Below, one piece after another: positions 1 to 12,569 of a stretch of DNA of 64,000 bases; the first letter of the stretch is position 1; each line of letters opens with the position of its first letter. A program made the position numbers and the translations under genes. Source of the DNA: Anthoceros angustus (Eukaryota > Plantae > Anthocerotophyta); assembly GCA_010909165.1 (NCBI GenBank), contig VJWM01000235.1, forward strand, positions 206,955-270,954, read 5' to 3'. The notes under the pieces were generated by a model. The model searched no databases, was not told where the DNA came from, and was given only the letters and a program-made list of their open reading frames with translations.

Positions 1-1858
1 TTCCTATGCACTTTAAGCAAGGTTCTACTTGCACAAAGACAACTGGATGCCTACTTAAAGTCCTACGCAGTTGATAATGGGACGTAACTTGTCAACAATG
101 CCTTTGATGATTACCTTCAAGAACAGGCATTCAAAGACAACTTATTGTTCGACACCTCAAGAATGTAACGGAGTTGCTGGAACGAAAAATCGTGACGCCA
201 CTTGGAATGACCAGGAGTATGCCACCGCATGCCAACTTACCTCAAGAGTATTGGGTGGAGGCCGTGGTTACGCCCACGATATACTTACAGATACTTACCA
301 CCGCCACTGGATGCACTTTATGAGGTTTCTCGCATCAAAAGCCCAGTCTCGCTCCACCTCCGAGTATTTGGATCCAAGGCTCGCCTATATTCCCTCGCAG
401 AAAACGCAAGAAGTTAGAGGACCGAGCTCAACGCCTACTTTTGTGGGGCAAGTGAACATGTGAAAGCCGCATAAACTCTATGACCCCGACACTCAATCAT
501 TAGTCCTTGCCCGCAGTGTCACCTTCGTAGAACCTTTGCACTGACTACCAACCCCACACCCTCTAACCCCTTAGAGGGAGCAAATGAAAGCTTTGATACT
601 GTCACCTTCCCTACAGATGACGAAGAAGAACCCTCTAACCTTCCATCTGCAGATGTAGATGACTCAGAGGCTCCTGTTGCTGCCCCTCACCCTACAAAGA
701 GACCCGGTGAACCAATGATGATCTCACCGCCAATGATAGTTCACCGGCCGATGAGGAGGATGTCACACCGACCCTGCTCAAGATTCGTAACCCCGACCGC
801 CTCGAACCACCCCCTTACGACGCTCCACATGCCATAGGCCACCTCCGCACTGCTGGTTAGAACCCTATTATCAATCCGCCGATTTTCGAACGCTCGCGCT
901 TTTTGGTATATGTATCCTCCTCGCCAAGGAACCCTTATCATGGAAGTGGTTAGAACCCTCCTATTATCAATCCGCGATTTTCAACGCCTTCGCGCTTTTG
1001 GTGTTATATGTAATATCCTCCCCGCCAAGGAACCCTTATCATGGAAGTGGTTAGAACCCTATTATCAATCCGTCGATTTTCAACGCCTCGCGCTTTTGGT
1101 GCTATATGTAATATCCTCCTCGCCGAGGAAGCCTCCGGGCCTGGGATTGCTCCAAGTGGTGGTGCAGCAAAGGAGGATGAATACCAATCTCTGCTCAAGA
1201 ACAAGACCTGGCAAATCGCTGACCTCCCACCTTGACGCAAAGCCATCTCTTCCTTCCTCTATGGAGACCTGGATGAAGACCTGTACATGGCACAGCCTGA
1301 AGGATATGAAGATCATGAACATCCCACCAAAGTGCTTAAACTGCTCAAGTGTATATATGGACTAAAACAAAGTGGCCGAATATGCATAAGCTAAGTACCA
1401 AGTTCGAGATGAAAGACATCGGAGAACTTAAATACTGTTTGGGAGTTCAAATCTTAAGAGTACGAGAGGAAGGGCTACTGATAGTTCACCAGCATAAATA
1501 CATCAATGATATTTTGCGCAAGTTCAAACTTGACGAAGCTAGACCCTCGACTACTCCTTTCGCTATGGGCGTGAAACTTACCAGTCTCCAGTGCCCACAA
1601 TCCCAGGAAGAACTTAAGGACATGAAGGATGTCCCCTACAGACATGCAGTCGGCAGTCTAATCTTCTTAGCGAACTGGACAAGGCCAGATATCCAGTACT
1701 CTGTAAGCACAGTATCACAATTTCTGGAGAATCCAGGAAGAACACATTGGGCTGCTGTCAAGCGGATTTTCCGCTATCTCAAAGGAACCCACAATTATGG
1801 ACTCTTCTATCGGAGGACTGGACAGTAGAAACTCACCCTTGGGGGGTTCACTGATGCC
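1..1858 (+). mobile_element. Ty1/copia LTR retrotransposon pol remnant (integrase tail, internally deleted RT, start of RNase H)
   Basis: Translated motifs LHLRVFGSKA (integrase C-term), EYQSLLKNKTW, FLYGDLDEDLYMAQPEG, FEMKDIGELKYCLG, PYRHAVGSLIFLANWTRPDI, HWAAVKRIFRYLKGT and LGGFTDA (1829-1858, RNase H start). The RT segment between KTW and FLYGDL is missing. Confidence 0.92.
855..1130. repeat. Three ~93-101 bp tandem units between copia integrase and RT
   Basis: Unit GGTTAGAACCCT..ATTATCAATCCG..TTTTCAACGC..GCGCTTTTGGT..TATGT..ATCCTCC..CGCC starts at 855, 948 and 1049. Confidence 0.9.
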
Positions 1859-3860
1859 ACAACATTGCGTTGACCCTTACATGATAATAGCGTGTTTTCT
1901 GCCTCATCTAGATAGCCTGCACGCCCAAGGAAATCAACCATGCACTTGTAGTGCTCACTAGCAGGTGGCATGTCATGCTGTTCAAACATGGAATGGAAGT
2001 GATTAAGTCATGAACATCATTCAACCGTCCGAATGACTGCAAGCTACTACAAGGCAAGTAACAGTAGGATCAGCAGGCTGGACAGCAGCAACTAACATCT
2101 CCTCAAGCTAGTGCATGGTGACCTTCATCATAAGTACCATATTCAGCTATCAGGGCCATCCATGTCACCACAGCCTTTTGGCCACGCTATCAAAAACCCG
2201 CTGTGCATCTTCCACTTCGCCACATTTTGCATACATGTCTACCGGGAAGGTTCCCAGAAGTATTATATTCAGCTGTCCCTTCCACAATCTGTGAGTGCCG
2301 CCTGCCCTTCCGTAAGGCACCAGCACTTGCACAGGTCTTGACAAGGCAAGCAAAAGTAACATGGTGAACTACAATCAGGCCCTCCTGTTCCTTTTGTCCA
2401 TAGAGAGCAAAATCGTCTTGTTGTCACCACATCCTTGGTGGCCAAACTGTCAAAAACTCGGCGTGCATCTTTTAATCCACCACACAGTTGCCCAGCAGTA
2501 TATTATTTAGCTATCCTGTTTCCACAATCTGAGAGTGCAACTGCCTGCCCTTCTCTAGGGACACCACACTTGCACAGGGCTTCAGAAGGCAACCAAAAGT
2601 AACGTGGTCAGCCACAACGAGGCCCTCTTGCTCCATTTGCCTAGACAGAGCAATCAACTCTCGCCCAAGTCCTGCTGTGCATATCCAGCAATCAGAGCAT
2701 TCCATGTAACCACCTCCTTTGTGGCCAAGCTGTCAAAAACTAGACAACCGTCTCTTGTTTGCCACATTTTGCGAACATGTCCACCAGGCACGTGCCCAAC
2801 AGTATGCTAACTGGCTGTCCTCTTTCCTCAATCAGAGAGTGCCACTGCCTGTCCTTCTGGAAGGCATCTGCGCTTGCACAGGCCTTCTTAAAGCAAAAGT
2901 AACCTCGTCAGCCTCGATCAGGCCCGCCTGCTCCACTTTTCCAGACAGGACAAGCGCGGCTTGACTCAGCCCTTGCTGCGCATACCCAGCAATCAATCAG
3001 GGAATTCCATGTCACCACATCCTTTAGTGCCCAAGTTGTTGAAAACCCGCCGTCCATCTGTCAGTTTGCCACATTTTGTATACATGTCCACTAGACAGTT
3101 GCCAGCAGTATAATGTAACTCCTGCCCTTCTGCAAGGCACCTGCGCTTGCAAAGGCCTTCAGAAGGCAAAAAAGTAACATGATCAGCGACAACGAGGCCC
3201 TCCGGCTCACTTTGTCCAAAGAAAACACGTACCTAATGACCAAACCCTTTCACAGCTTGGCCAGAATGACGTGGTGCCGGGCAGCCCTGATTGCTGGTAT
3301 GCACAGCAAAGCCCAGCGTGCATCTTCCTATGCCCCACATTTTGCATACATGTGCACCAGGCAGTTCCCAAGAAACAAGCCAGGAGGAGTGCCACTTTGC
3401 AGCATCACAGTGCACTTCTCTGCCAGATTCCAAGTCAGCAGGCAAATGCACAAGCTAAAATAGCGGCCACAAAGACGTGGGCATCTGCCTTCACCCTGAA
3501 CTATACATCTCATGGTACAGTTCCATGGCCTCATTCGGTTTCCCATGGTTAGTACGCGGAGATTATGAAGACCACATGAAGGCATCTAGTTTGCTGTTGA
3601 GCATGGGCCTTGTAACCTACCTGCACACATACATGCGCAAGAAGGTTACAAGGCCGTGGATGCTCAAGTGCGTATTTGACTCGCACTCCACGTTTGTCTG
3701 TGAGATTATGAATTCGTCCCCCACAACCAGATCCTTTTAGCTGGAGACAGTTGTAGCACAGTATAAAACAGAGACGGAGAGATAGGAGGCTTTGCCTGCC
3801 CAACACATTCCAGGGCTCCAACAGCCTCCATAAGCTTCCTTTGCCCCCAGAACGCTGAGC
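1859..3860 (-). pseudogene. Truncated and degenerate PLS-class PPR gene (tandem paralogue of 3883-6151), lacking the N-terminal extension and the DYW domain
   Basis: Repeated MYAKCG..EDA..VFD..A..DVVTWNALIAGY motifs across frames. The E-domain fragment EHYKCMVDFLGRAGYLDEAENTLLSC (1807..1989 ORF) is cut at the copia junction. Its 5' end is homologous to the first PPR motif of the upstream gene. Confidence 0.85.
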
Positions 3861-3882
3861 ACTGGTGAGATTCTCTTCATTC

Positions 3883-6151
3883 TCATGGTCGGCCCTTACA
3901 ACTGCAACAACCAGCTTCAAATCGATGCACACGATACCCATCCTCACGACAATCTCTCTTTTCAACCCTGGACAAGATCTCGTAGAACTGTGGCAGTCAC
4001 TGCACATGCGTAGATTCTTTGTTACCAACAGAGGTGCCACTGGAGTGTTCAAGAGACCAAACGCCAGAGCTAGCTTCTCTGCATGACCGCAAAGCACATC
4101 TTCCTTTTCCTTCTCCGAAAGTGGCTTCAGCACCAACTTTGTCTGTGGTACGTGGCCCCTTCTTCCTTCAGACGTACATTCATGCTCTCCACCTTGAGTG
4201 AAGGATCATCTCTACTTTCACCCACCACAAATGTATGTACCTGCCTGTTCACCTCAATGTCCGCCACAGCAGGTTTCTTGCTAGCTCCTGCTACCATTCT
4301 CTGCGCTTCAATCCTCTACATCGGTCCACCTACCTGCATCTGCATAGACATTGGCCATGAGCACATATGGACGCCTGCTGAGGGTCCAATCTAACAAGAC
4401 TTTGAAAACACAGTGTCGCCCTCTCTATATCCCCATGACTTTTGCAGGCATTCAGCAACGATATCAACCCCACAACATTGCTTTGGCTCTCACATGACAA
4501 TAGCATGTTTTCTGCCTCATCTAGATGACCTGCACGTCCAAGAAGGTCAATCATGCAATTGTAATGCTCAATAGTAGGTTTGATGCCATGCTGTTCAACC
4601 ATGGAATCAAGTGCTTACAGCCTTCATTCACCAGCCCATCATGACTGCATGCTACTAAAAGGTTCGTAAATGTAGCTCATTGGCTGAACACCAGCAACTA
4701 ACATCTCCCAAAACAAGCTATAGCGTTGTGACCTTCATCACAAGTACCACACCCAGCAATCAGGGCCGTCCATGTCACCACATCCTTTGTGGCCAAGCTG
4801 TCAAAACCCGGCGTGCATCTTCCAGTTCACCACATTTAGCATACATGTCTATCAGGCAGGTACCCAACAATATGTTATCCAGCTGTCCTCTTTCCACAAT
4901 CTGTGAGTGCAGCTGCCTGCCATTCTGTAAGGCACCAGCACTTGCGCAAGCCTTCAGAAGGCAAGCAAAAGTGACATGGTCAGCCACAATCAGGCCCTCC
5001 TGCTCCATTCGTCCATACAGGACAAGCGCCTCTTGACTGAACCCATGATCTGCATACCCAGCAATCAAGGCATTCCATGTCACCACATCCTTTCTAGCCA
5101 AGCTGTCAAAACCCAACGTGCATCTTCCACTGCCCCACATTTTGCATACATGTGCCACCAGGAGTTGCCAACAAACAAGTCAGGAGGAACACCACTGTGC
5201 ATCACATCAGAGTGCACTTTTCTGCCAGATTCCATGTCGGAGGCAAACGCACAAGCTTGAATGGCAGCTACAAAGACGTGAGCATCCGCCTTCACACCTG
5301 ACCTACGCATCTCATGGTACAGTTGTATGGCCTCATTCGGTTTCCCATGTTTAGAATATGCAGAGATTATGGAGGACCACATGAAGGCATCTGGTTTGTG
5401 CACACCCTGGTGAACACATCCATGGCCTCTTCCACCTACCTGCACATGCATACATGCGCAAGATATGGTTCCCCAAGTATGTATTTGACTCAAACCCAAG
5501 TTTTACAACGAGATCATGAACTCGTCGCCCCACAGCCAGATCCTTCTTAGCTGAACACAGCTTTAGCACTGTGTAAAATAGAGACTGAGAAATAGGACAG
5601 TCTGTCTGCGCAAGATATTCCAGGAATGCAACGGCCTCAGTAAGCTTCCCCTGCCGACATAACGTGCTCACATTTAGAGCCGCTACCCCCATTTCCGATC
5701 CAGCACGCCTGCCAAGCTCAGGCTTATCCAAAACGCTCGACTTGCAAGGAGACGCACCGTGACCCATTTGCAAATCCAAAATACGAGCTGCTCATCCACC
5801 CAAGCTGGCCTGAAATGTTGTCAAGCCAGAGGACCTCGCCAGTCCTCTTACGCCTAAAGTCAGGCGAACGGGAGCTCTTCTTATCTCGTCTGTTATCCCA
5901 CCACATGGAAGGGTCCAGAAAAAATTTCGCCACAACAACTCCTGCTCCTGGCGACGACCATCGCTGGAAAATCGTTCCCCAGTCACACGCTTTCCCGGAA
6001 TTGCTGGGTCTCTTACGTTGCTGCACCTCAAGGTTTGGTTGTTTGTCGGCACATGACTCCCTAAAGTGACGTGAGGAGCTGCTGGTCGAACCACCCAAAA
6101 CGTACCAATTTGTTGCGGCCACAACGGATCCGGTTGCAAGACTGTGCCCAT
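3883..6151 (-). CDS. PLS-E-DYW:KP (GRP-terminating) pentatricopeptide repeat RNA-editing factor, frameshifted in this sequence
   Basis: PLS repeats (5779-4650), E domain EHYNCMIDLLGRAGHLDEAE, KKPAVA motif (~4265-4285), HAEKLA, KNLRMCSDCH. After correcting single-base slips the C-terminus reads [25 protein letters not shown]-stop (TGA at 3883-3885). The start at 6151 is inferred by joining the 5792..6151 ORF as a targeting extension; core start 5779. Confidence 0.88.
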
Positions 6152-6714
6152 CTATCTTACAGTGACCATTCTGCGGAACGGTAACTCCTTGGGCCCGGCG
6201 GGATGCTATGTGCTGACAACCAAACCCGCCAAGTGTTTTGGTTAAGTTGAATAAAGAACTACCTAGTCTAATTGCTTGAGTAACTACCTACCTAGTAGCA
6301 CACTGCGATGCATGCCACTTTGCGCACTGACTGGCAAATCTTGTTTTCCTGTACCTAATATTCTTTTCATTCTTTTCTACGCTCGTTCGGGTCTTGGGTG
6401 CCACAGTATCCCGAGGGACCTAGCGACTGCGGAAAACGAAGTCCCTACGGCACGGGCCCTCCTTTGCGAGGTCTGTTTGGCATTACTGGGGCCGTGGCCG
6501 ATCCATCACTGGCCAAGCCTGTTGGTTTTCGGAATCTGTTCCACGAACCGTAAATTTCCTTTTGTTATGGAAACTGAAATATGGATTTTCATGCTAAAAA
6601 ATATTTATTTTATTTCGAAATAATCCGCTCTATTTTTGCTGCGCAACACCGTTTCAATTTGGACCGGGACACCAAGACCGATAACATGCATTAAGCATAA
6701 CATGCTCACAAGTC

Positions 6715-7710
6715 CAAAGCGCATTAGATATTCCTTTTTGAGGTAAAGGCACCTTATGATATGCTTTCCCACCAATGCCCGATGGCCATCAAGGCAGCAG
6801 GCAAGGCCTATATGGCCACATCATCATGAGGACAACCTCCTCGGTACATCCATCCCTTGTCAACCGTGTGCGCCTAAGCATGTGCCGTTCCTAACCGTGG
6901 GATCCCCGTTCCCTATATGCTCGCCTCGAGAGCACGGTGGATGTCCCTACCCCACTGTTGCCAATGCGATTGATGTCCCCATTCTCTCGTTGTGGCCGAT
7001 GCTCCCGTGGAGGCCGTTGCGCAAGGAGGTCAGGGCATCGGCTGTCAATAAGGTATATATAAGTAGAGATGCATGAGTTTCAAGGTGTTCTCTATCGATG
7101 GTAGATAGCCCAATCCACATCGAAACTCGCGGTGAAGCGCCGACAAATGGTCACGCAGCCGTCGTGTGCGATGGCGTGCAACACGCCACCGCACAACACG
7201 ACAAATGTGGACCATCGTAGCTCTAGACGCATGTGCGGAAGGTGATTATGCAATTGTGGGGCACGCTGAGAGCAGACATGTTGAAGGATGCATCCGCAAT
7301 TGCCGAGAAGATGGACCCGGTGGCTTACACCAAATTGTTTGTTGAGCGACTCGTAGACCCGCAACCATTGGCGTGGAGAAGGCTCTTGCGATAGTTCGAC
7401 TCCGGATCAACAAGAGGTTTTGGAAGAACTGTGCAAATGCAACAATTAACATCTTGGATGACAAATGTTTGATGTGGAGTCCAATGCAAGGCTAGAAAGT
7501 GCTCTTTCTCATTTGGAGGAGACAAGAGCACATTTGAAGTGAAGTTAATGTAATAGCCGACGGAGGCGTGTAATATTAGGCGTAGCATCTAGAGTTAAGA
7601 CCAAAGAACGGATAGCCTAGCAATTGGAGTATTGACATTGTGAAGCACAAAGGGAAGGATAAAGCAATTCTTAGAGGAAAAAGATATAATTATTATTTAT
7701 TGAATAATTA
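6715..7710 (+). mobile_element. Degenerate gag-like/zinc-knuckle element, copy 1
   Basis: Colinear nucleotide homology with 28078-29120, from CAAAG(C/T)GCATTAGATATTCCTTTTTGAGGTAAAGGCACC to AGAGGAAA..GAT.TAATT. The knuckle region is eroded in this copy. Confidence 0.6.
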
Positions 7711-7904
7711 ATTAATAATATACTAACTAACAACACCGCCATGCATGACACGTCCGGATGTGCACACCGAAATGTTTTGCCTCCTTTTCTACTTATGGAG
7801 ATAGCTTTGAACTAGCGATGAAAGAACAATGCGAGATGAGAACCATGTTCTTTCCTTCCTTTCTCTACTTATGGAGATAACTTCCAAATGGGGTGCAAAA
7901 CACG

Positions 7905-8085
7905 GAACCATGCGACATATGAGAATCGTGATTGATTAGGGTTTGCAATACTAAGAACCATGCAAAGATGATGAGAACTGCACTTGATTAGGGTTTATAA
8001 AACTAGAACCATGCGGGAGATGAGAACCGTGATCTTGATTAGTTAGGTTTGTATTAGCGTGAACTGCGCATATGAGAACCGCGCA
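7905..8085. repeat. ~50 bp tandem repeat, about 4 units
   Basis: GAACCATGC..GATGAGAAC..TGATTAGGGTTT units start at 7905, 7955, 8006 and 8061. Confidence 0.85.
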
Positions 8086-8311
8086 AGATCTGGAGAATTC
8101 TTCTTCTTCTTCTTATCGCCCAAAAGCCGCGTGGAGTTTTGTGCTTCTAGTTCTCCGTCTATCCTGTCCCTATGAATTATGATATGGCACTCCCGATCAT
8201 ACGAGCCAACATTAATGGCCATCGAGTATCGATTTGCAAGCCTATTATACAAGTCGGTTTAATTCGCTTCAAAGCAAAATAATTTTCTCTAGTTCACGAC
8301 TAGAAGAACGT

Positions 8312-9961
8312 GAGCTACTAGTTCTACGATTTGTGACGAGAATCGTAGACATAATGAATTAAAATATATTTATTAATTAATTAGAAAAAAATTCTCCCAA
8401 CACAATGAGCATTTAGGGATATAGGTCCTCTTCGTGCCTTTGAGTGCATAAGAAGACTCCTAAATATAAACATTATGGATGTACGATAATATAATTTGGT
8501 AGGGTATAAAATCTATACCATTATATCGTAAACCATGGATGTTCCAAAACTTGTTGAGCATTTGGTCCCGGTGCTATTAGGGTGTAACATCCGAGTAATA
8601 AACGCTGCCCGGAAATCATGTGAGATATCATTTGTAAACTCCAAGTTTGTTTTCTTGCATAATATCACGCAAATATTGTTTTTATAATAAGGAGTTCGAA
8701 CAATAACTCATAAAAGTGACCCGCACTCCATACATCAACTTTAGCTCCATAGTTTGACTTAGCTACTATTTCGAGCTATATGGTCGAGTACCCACATTCC
8801 TGCGACCCGTGTAAATTTTTTTCTTCCATTTTCAAACGAAATCGATGCCAAAATCTATTAATTTTATTTGTCCATGCTTTAGAAGCATAATATTATGTGC
8901 TTTTATATCACGATGAATCATATTATTCTTGTGACAAAATGCAATAGCTTCCATAATGTTGCGCATCACACACTTTGCTTGTTTCTCATTGTAAGGTCCT
9001 CGTTCTTGCAAATAGTCATGTAGACTTCCACATTTAAAATATTCCATCACAATAAATATTTGGGTGTCACCTTCATAGACACGCTTTGTTTCCGAATATT
9101 AGCGCATTTGGGAAGGGCTAATAGGTTGTCTACTTCACTACGTAGAGCTACTAGTTCTACGATTTGTGATCGAGAATCGTAGACATAATGAATTAAAATA
9201 TATTTATTAATTAATTAGAAAAATTCTCCCAACACAATGAGCATTTAGGGATATAGGTCCTCTTCGTGCCTTTGAGTGCATAAGAAGACTCCTAAATATA
9301 AACATTATGGATGTCGATAATATAATTTGGTAGGGTATAAAATCTATACCATTATATCAAAACCATGGATGTTCCAAAACTTGTTGAGCATTTGGTCTCG
9401 GTATTAGGGTGTAACATCCAGAGTAATAAACGCTGCTTGTAAATCTTGCGTGAGATATCATTTGTAAACTCCAAGTTTGTTTCGGTTGCATAATATCACG
9501 CAAATATTGTTTTTTATAATAAGGAGTTCAACAATAACTCATAAAAGTGATCGCACTCCATACATCAACTTTAGCTCCATAGTTTGACTTAGCTACTATT
9601 CGGAGCTATATGGTCGAGTACCCCACATTCCTGTCGACCGTTAAATTTTTTTCTTCCATTTTCAAACGAAATCAGCGATGCCAAATCTATTAATTTTATT
9701 TGTCCATGCTTTAGAAGCATAATATTATGTGCTTTTATATCACGATGAATCATATTATTCTTGTGACAAAATGCAATAGCTTCCATAATGTTGCATCACA
9801 CACTTTGTTTGTTTTCTCTGTGGTCCTCGTCTTGCAAATAGTCATGTAGACTTCCACATTTAAAATATTCCATCACAATAAATATTTGGGTGTCACCTTC
9901 ATGACACGCTTTGTTTCCGAATATTAGCGCATTTGGGAAGGGCTAATAGGTTGTCTACTTC
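8312..9961. repeat. ~830 bp direct tandem duplication covering most of the kinase gene
   Basis: GAGCTACTAGTTCTACGATTTGTGA begins at 8312 and 9145. Both units end in GGCTAATAGGTTGTCTACTTC and differ mainly by 1-bp indels. Confidence 0.95.
8521..9135 (-). pseudogene. 5'-truncated duplicate of the Ser/Thr protein kinase
   Basis: HRDIKAHN, KLIDFG, DVWSAG and LEHPWF motifs are present. The glycine loop and catalytic-lysine strand are absent because the duplication starts downstream of them. Confidence 0.85.
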
Positions 9962-10121
9962 TTGACATAGTAGATAATTTTTTCGACATCTTTTTATCAC
10001 TTTACATGCATACTCGCCTTGTGCATTTATGAATGCATTTATAAACCATGGCGCATGCACCCATGCCAATAATGTCAACCACTTCGTATTTTAACTTAAA
10101 AATACATTCATCCTTAACCAT
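9352..10121 (-). CDS. Intronless bare Ser/Thr protein kinase domain (CAMK-like, ~255 codons), frameshifted here
   Basis: ATG at 10121, then YEVVDIIGMGACAMVYKC (Gly loop), YACKVIK, MEYFKCGSL, IHRDIKAHNIML, IKLID, G(T)..YIAPE (partly frameshifted), KVDVWSA, ITRMLHP and LEHPWFLI-stop. Confidence 0.85.
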
Positions 10122-11139
10122 TTTATTGGAAACGAAAAGACGTGTATGTATGTTGGTAGTATTAGCTTCCATTTTTTACCATAAAATATTTAAGTAAAAA
10201 AATTGTAAATAGGATTATCAATTGAAGTACATACTACACGAGATGGTCTTACTTGATGTTGGTATTGCTTGAATAACGAGTAAATATAAGACAAGCAATA
10301 TAGTAACACAATATGAGCTGAGCCCTTATATAGAGAATGGACTACCCTGTTTAAGGAAATTCTTCTTACACAAAGTAACACATAACAATACCATTCATTC
10401 TATATGGTATATTGATTCTACATCACTAAACCCTAAAATATTATATATTCTATCAATAGAAAATTTTTATGTACATAGATTATTATTATTATTATCTAAC
10501 TTTAAAGGATAATTTAAGAACTATGATGTAATTACTGGAACCGTGGATTGATCCAAAAGTCACAATTCCAATACTTAAGCATTGAGAAGTTCCCAGGACC
10601 AATGTGTCTAAAATTGAATGCTTTGTTCTTAGCAGACTTGAATATTCTTTGTTTTCTTCTTTTACGCAAGCGTGTAGACTTGCCTAATATGGTGCGAGGA
10701 GACTCTCTTGGACTGGGCATTTGCAATGGTAGCCCGTTCTCTAGAGACACGCCATAATAGAATTATGAGTAATTGAAGTAAAGTTTAACCAAATCTAGAT
10801 TGAAAATTCAGACACGGCCTCACATACATAGAGGACTTATGTGACCTAGGACCCAGTTTTAGTGGGCTTTGGTGGGGCCGGCATGTTTCGCCGGCCACGG
10901 GCTTTTAGGGTTTCTGTTCAGGATTTCGGGAGCGGAGGTTTATATGGTGGGTTGTCAGGTGTTTTAGCGGGTTGCAGCCCCTCTGAAGGGCGCCTTCGGC
11001 TAGCCTATTGGGGCTCGCCATTCAGAGCGTACACTCCATATGTATGTTAAATTTCGGGGACGCTGGGTCGAGTGGGCACCCGATGCCCCCTTGACCTTGA
11101 CACCCTCAAGGAGTGTCCACAAGTTAATTGTTCCCTAGA

Positions 11140-11932
11140 TCGTGCCATTCTCGTTTGTTCTTACACTCTCCCCTATGGTGCAGTCCACTCCTTCAATGGC
11201 AGTCAAGGATACCCCCTGTCCAGTCTGCGCTCAACTGTGCTGTGGGGTTAAGGGGGTGAAATGTCACACTGGGCACAAACACAAGGACTTCGACCGAACC
11301 ACTTGGGAGGCTCAGGTGAGGCTTGCTTCTTCCAGTGGGGCTATACATCCGGCTCCGAATTTGGATGCTCCTCGCCTCCCTCCCTCCTCCCATCCCGTAG
11401 TCTTAGCAATGATCATGAATGTAATTGGATCATCTGCTCACCTTGTTTAAATCGTGCTTTCCGGGACCCCACCTTTTTCAGCGTCTCCTAAGGCGCCTAT
11501 ATGACAACGTTCGCCTTGCCTACCGGCTTCCTGACCGCCTTATACCGAACCGGGACAGGCTACTTGACTGCCTTTTTCTCCCCCAGTGATGTCTTCGTCG
11601 CTCCAAGAGTGGTTCTTCCAGCCATAGGGAGGTGGCGTCTCGCCCGCCGGCCCGGGGACCAGGAAGCTCGCAGAGGGAGGGGGCGACAATCCAGGCTGGA
11701 GGTTGCCAAGGTGGATCCGGTCTGTCAGGACCCCGCCAAGGTGCAGCTCAAGAGGTGTCTCTTGTTAGGCCGTCTGGGAATACACTACCCAAGGCCGGGC
11801 CGGAGACCGGCGCTCCAAGAACACCATCTCTACGCTTCGTGCCCTTCATTTGGCCTTAGATGACCTCATTCCATAGGATATCCTGGATTACATGCCAGAG
11901 GAGCCTTTTTGTCTCGATAGGGTGGTCTTCGG
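11140..11932 (+). mobile_element. 5' fragment of a CRE-like (RLE-type) non-LTR retrotransposon with a C2H2 zinc finger
   Basis: CPVCAQLCCGVKGVKCHTGHKH (C-x2-C-x12-H-x3-H). Homologous to 23600-24400 on the minus strand, which continues into an RT. Confidence 0.7.
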
Positions 11933-12569
11933 TAATTGTTATTACCGTCTAGTATTAATTAATCTAATTATTTATCTTTAATCAAGTAATTAATATTAAT
12001 TACTCTAAATTACTTATGTTGATTAATTAGTGTTAATTGAACATGGTTAGCAATGGTTAAGTGGATAAGCACAAGTAATATGCTTTAGGATGTTCCTGGC
12101 ATATTATAGTGTATTCTTAGGATATTTTCGGCATATGTTGATGCCAATAGGATATCTTAAGATATCCTATATATATACCCTTTGACAAAGAAAAAGCTCT
12201 TATCATAGCTTGTTCTAGATATGCAATACAAGAATGTTGTGGGGAGACCAAAGCTATGACTCTGAGAGCGATGTAAGAGGAATTGGTGTGTTATTCTCGT
12301 GGGGAGAGTGTGTTTGTGCCACGACATGCGAGCTACCATCTCTTATTGTTATTGCTTTGCACCTATATTTGCATCTTGGATTTGTTTTTCTTGGTTGTCT
12401 GTTGCAGAAGTGTTTGTACGAATGCAAGTGCTTACCTCGTGTGACAAAAGCGGATGCACGGCCGAGCCAGAAGCCAGGAGCATGCTCCCTTCCCCAAGCA
12501 ACAGCAGAGGCGAGCCCGAGCAAGCCGGGGAATAGTAGAATCTAGAAGAAGGGCCCTCTGCGGCTAGCC

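Noticed and set aside
5792-6151. Independent small gene
   Set aside because: More simply read as the frameshifted N-terminal extension of the adjacent PPR gene.
7905-8085. Interstitial telomeric repeats
   Set aside because: TTAGGGTTT occurs only once per 50-bp unit, not as a TTTAGGG array.
11933-12560. Solo LTR separating the CRE fragments
   Set aside because: Plausible from the abrupt AT-rich boundary, but there is no second copy, TG...CA pair or TSD that I could verify.
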